From Squalus acanthias (lineage: Eukaryota), in assembly GCA_030390025.1 (NCBI GenBank), contig CM059431.1, forward strand, positions 129,520,001 to 129,584,000: 64,000 nucleotides of DNA. The letters run 5' to 3'. Below, piece by piece: positions 63,045 through 64,000 of the stretch. Under the pieces are notes generated by a model that worked only from the letters and a program-made list of their open reading frames with translations, did no database searches and was not told where the DNA came from. Position numbers and translations under genes: made by a program. How positions within the stretch are numbered: position 1 is the stretch's first letter; each line of letters opens with the position of its first letter.

Positions 63045-64000
63045 TTTTTTTATTCATTCACAGAATGTGGACGTCGCTGGCAAGGCCAGCATTTATTGCC
63101 CATCCCTAATTGCCCTTGAGAAGGGGGTGGTGAGCCGCCTTCTTGAACCGCTGCAGTCCTTGTGGTGAAGGTACTCCCACAGTGCTGTTAGGGAGGGAGT
63201 TCCAGGATTTTGACCCAGGGATGATGAAGGAACGGCGATATACTTCCAAGTCAGGATGGTGTGTGACTTGGAGGGGAACTTGCAGGTGATAGTGGTCCCA
63301 TGCGCCTGCTGCCCTTGTCCTTCGAGGTGGTAGAGGTTGCGGGTTTGGGAGGTGCTGTCGAAGAAGCCTTGGCAAGTTGCTGCAGTGCATCTTGTAGATG
63401 GTACACACTGCAGCCACGGTGCACTGGTGATGCAGGGAGTGAATGTTTAAGGTGGTGGATGGGGTGCCAAATAATCAGGCTGCTTCGTCCTGGATGGTGT
63501 CAAGCTTCTTGAGTGTTGTTAGAACTGTACCAATCCAGGCAAGTGGAGTGTATTGTATCACACTCCTGACTTGAGCTTTGTAGATGGTGGAAAAAATTTG
63601 GGGAGTCAGGAGGTGAGACACTCGCCACAGAATACCAAGCCTCTGACCTGCTCTTGTTGCCACAGTATTTATGTGGCTGGTCCAGTTAAGTTTTTGGTCA
63701 ATTGTGGCCCCCCAGAATGCTGATGGTGGGGGATTTGCCGATGGTAATGCCATTGAATGTCAAGGGGCGGTGGTTAGACTCTCTCTTGTTGGAGATAGTC
63801 ATTGCCTGGCACTTGTGTGGCACGAATGTTACTTGCCACTTATCAGCCCAAGCCTGAATGTTATCCAGGTCTTGCTGCATTCAGGCATGGACTGCTTCAT
63901 TATCTGAGGAGTTGTGAATGGAACTGAACACTGTGCACTCATCACCGAACATCTCCACTTCTGACCTTATAATGGAGGGAATGTCATTGATGAAGCTGCT
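63045..64000 (-). mobile_element. CR1/L2-group LINE 3' part, runs off the window
   Basis: QQDLDNIQAWADKWQVTF, IYKAQVRS, WNSLP...FKKAAHHPLLKGN. Confidence 0.85.

Overview
Eukaryotic, transposon-dense intergenic or intronic DNA, most likely from a cartilaginous fish (shark). That assignment is inferred from HE1-like and SacSINE1/Deu-like SINEs, CR1 LINEs with an esterase ORF1 and shark-type Penelope repeats. No host protein-coding exon could be supported. Retroelements: two near-full-length CR1 LINEs (19.6-23.9 kb +, 49.7-55.8 kb -), many truncated CR1/L2 copies, a Penelope-like fragment with a minimal hammerhead ribozyme, and two LTR-like insertions. DNA transposons: a dense PIF/Harbinger cluster (transposase plus a convergent spliced Myb/SANT gene) with related MITEs, a degenerate hAT element carrying a minisatellite, and a composite non-autonomous hAT-like element. 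The clearest unexplained object is a CpG-rich 1607-bp TG...CA solo-LTR-like insertion with a perfect 4-bp target duplication inside the RT of the second CR1. All family names come from recognised motifs, not database searches. Boundaries are approximate unless TIRs or TSDs are given.
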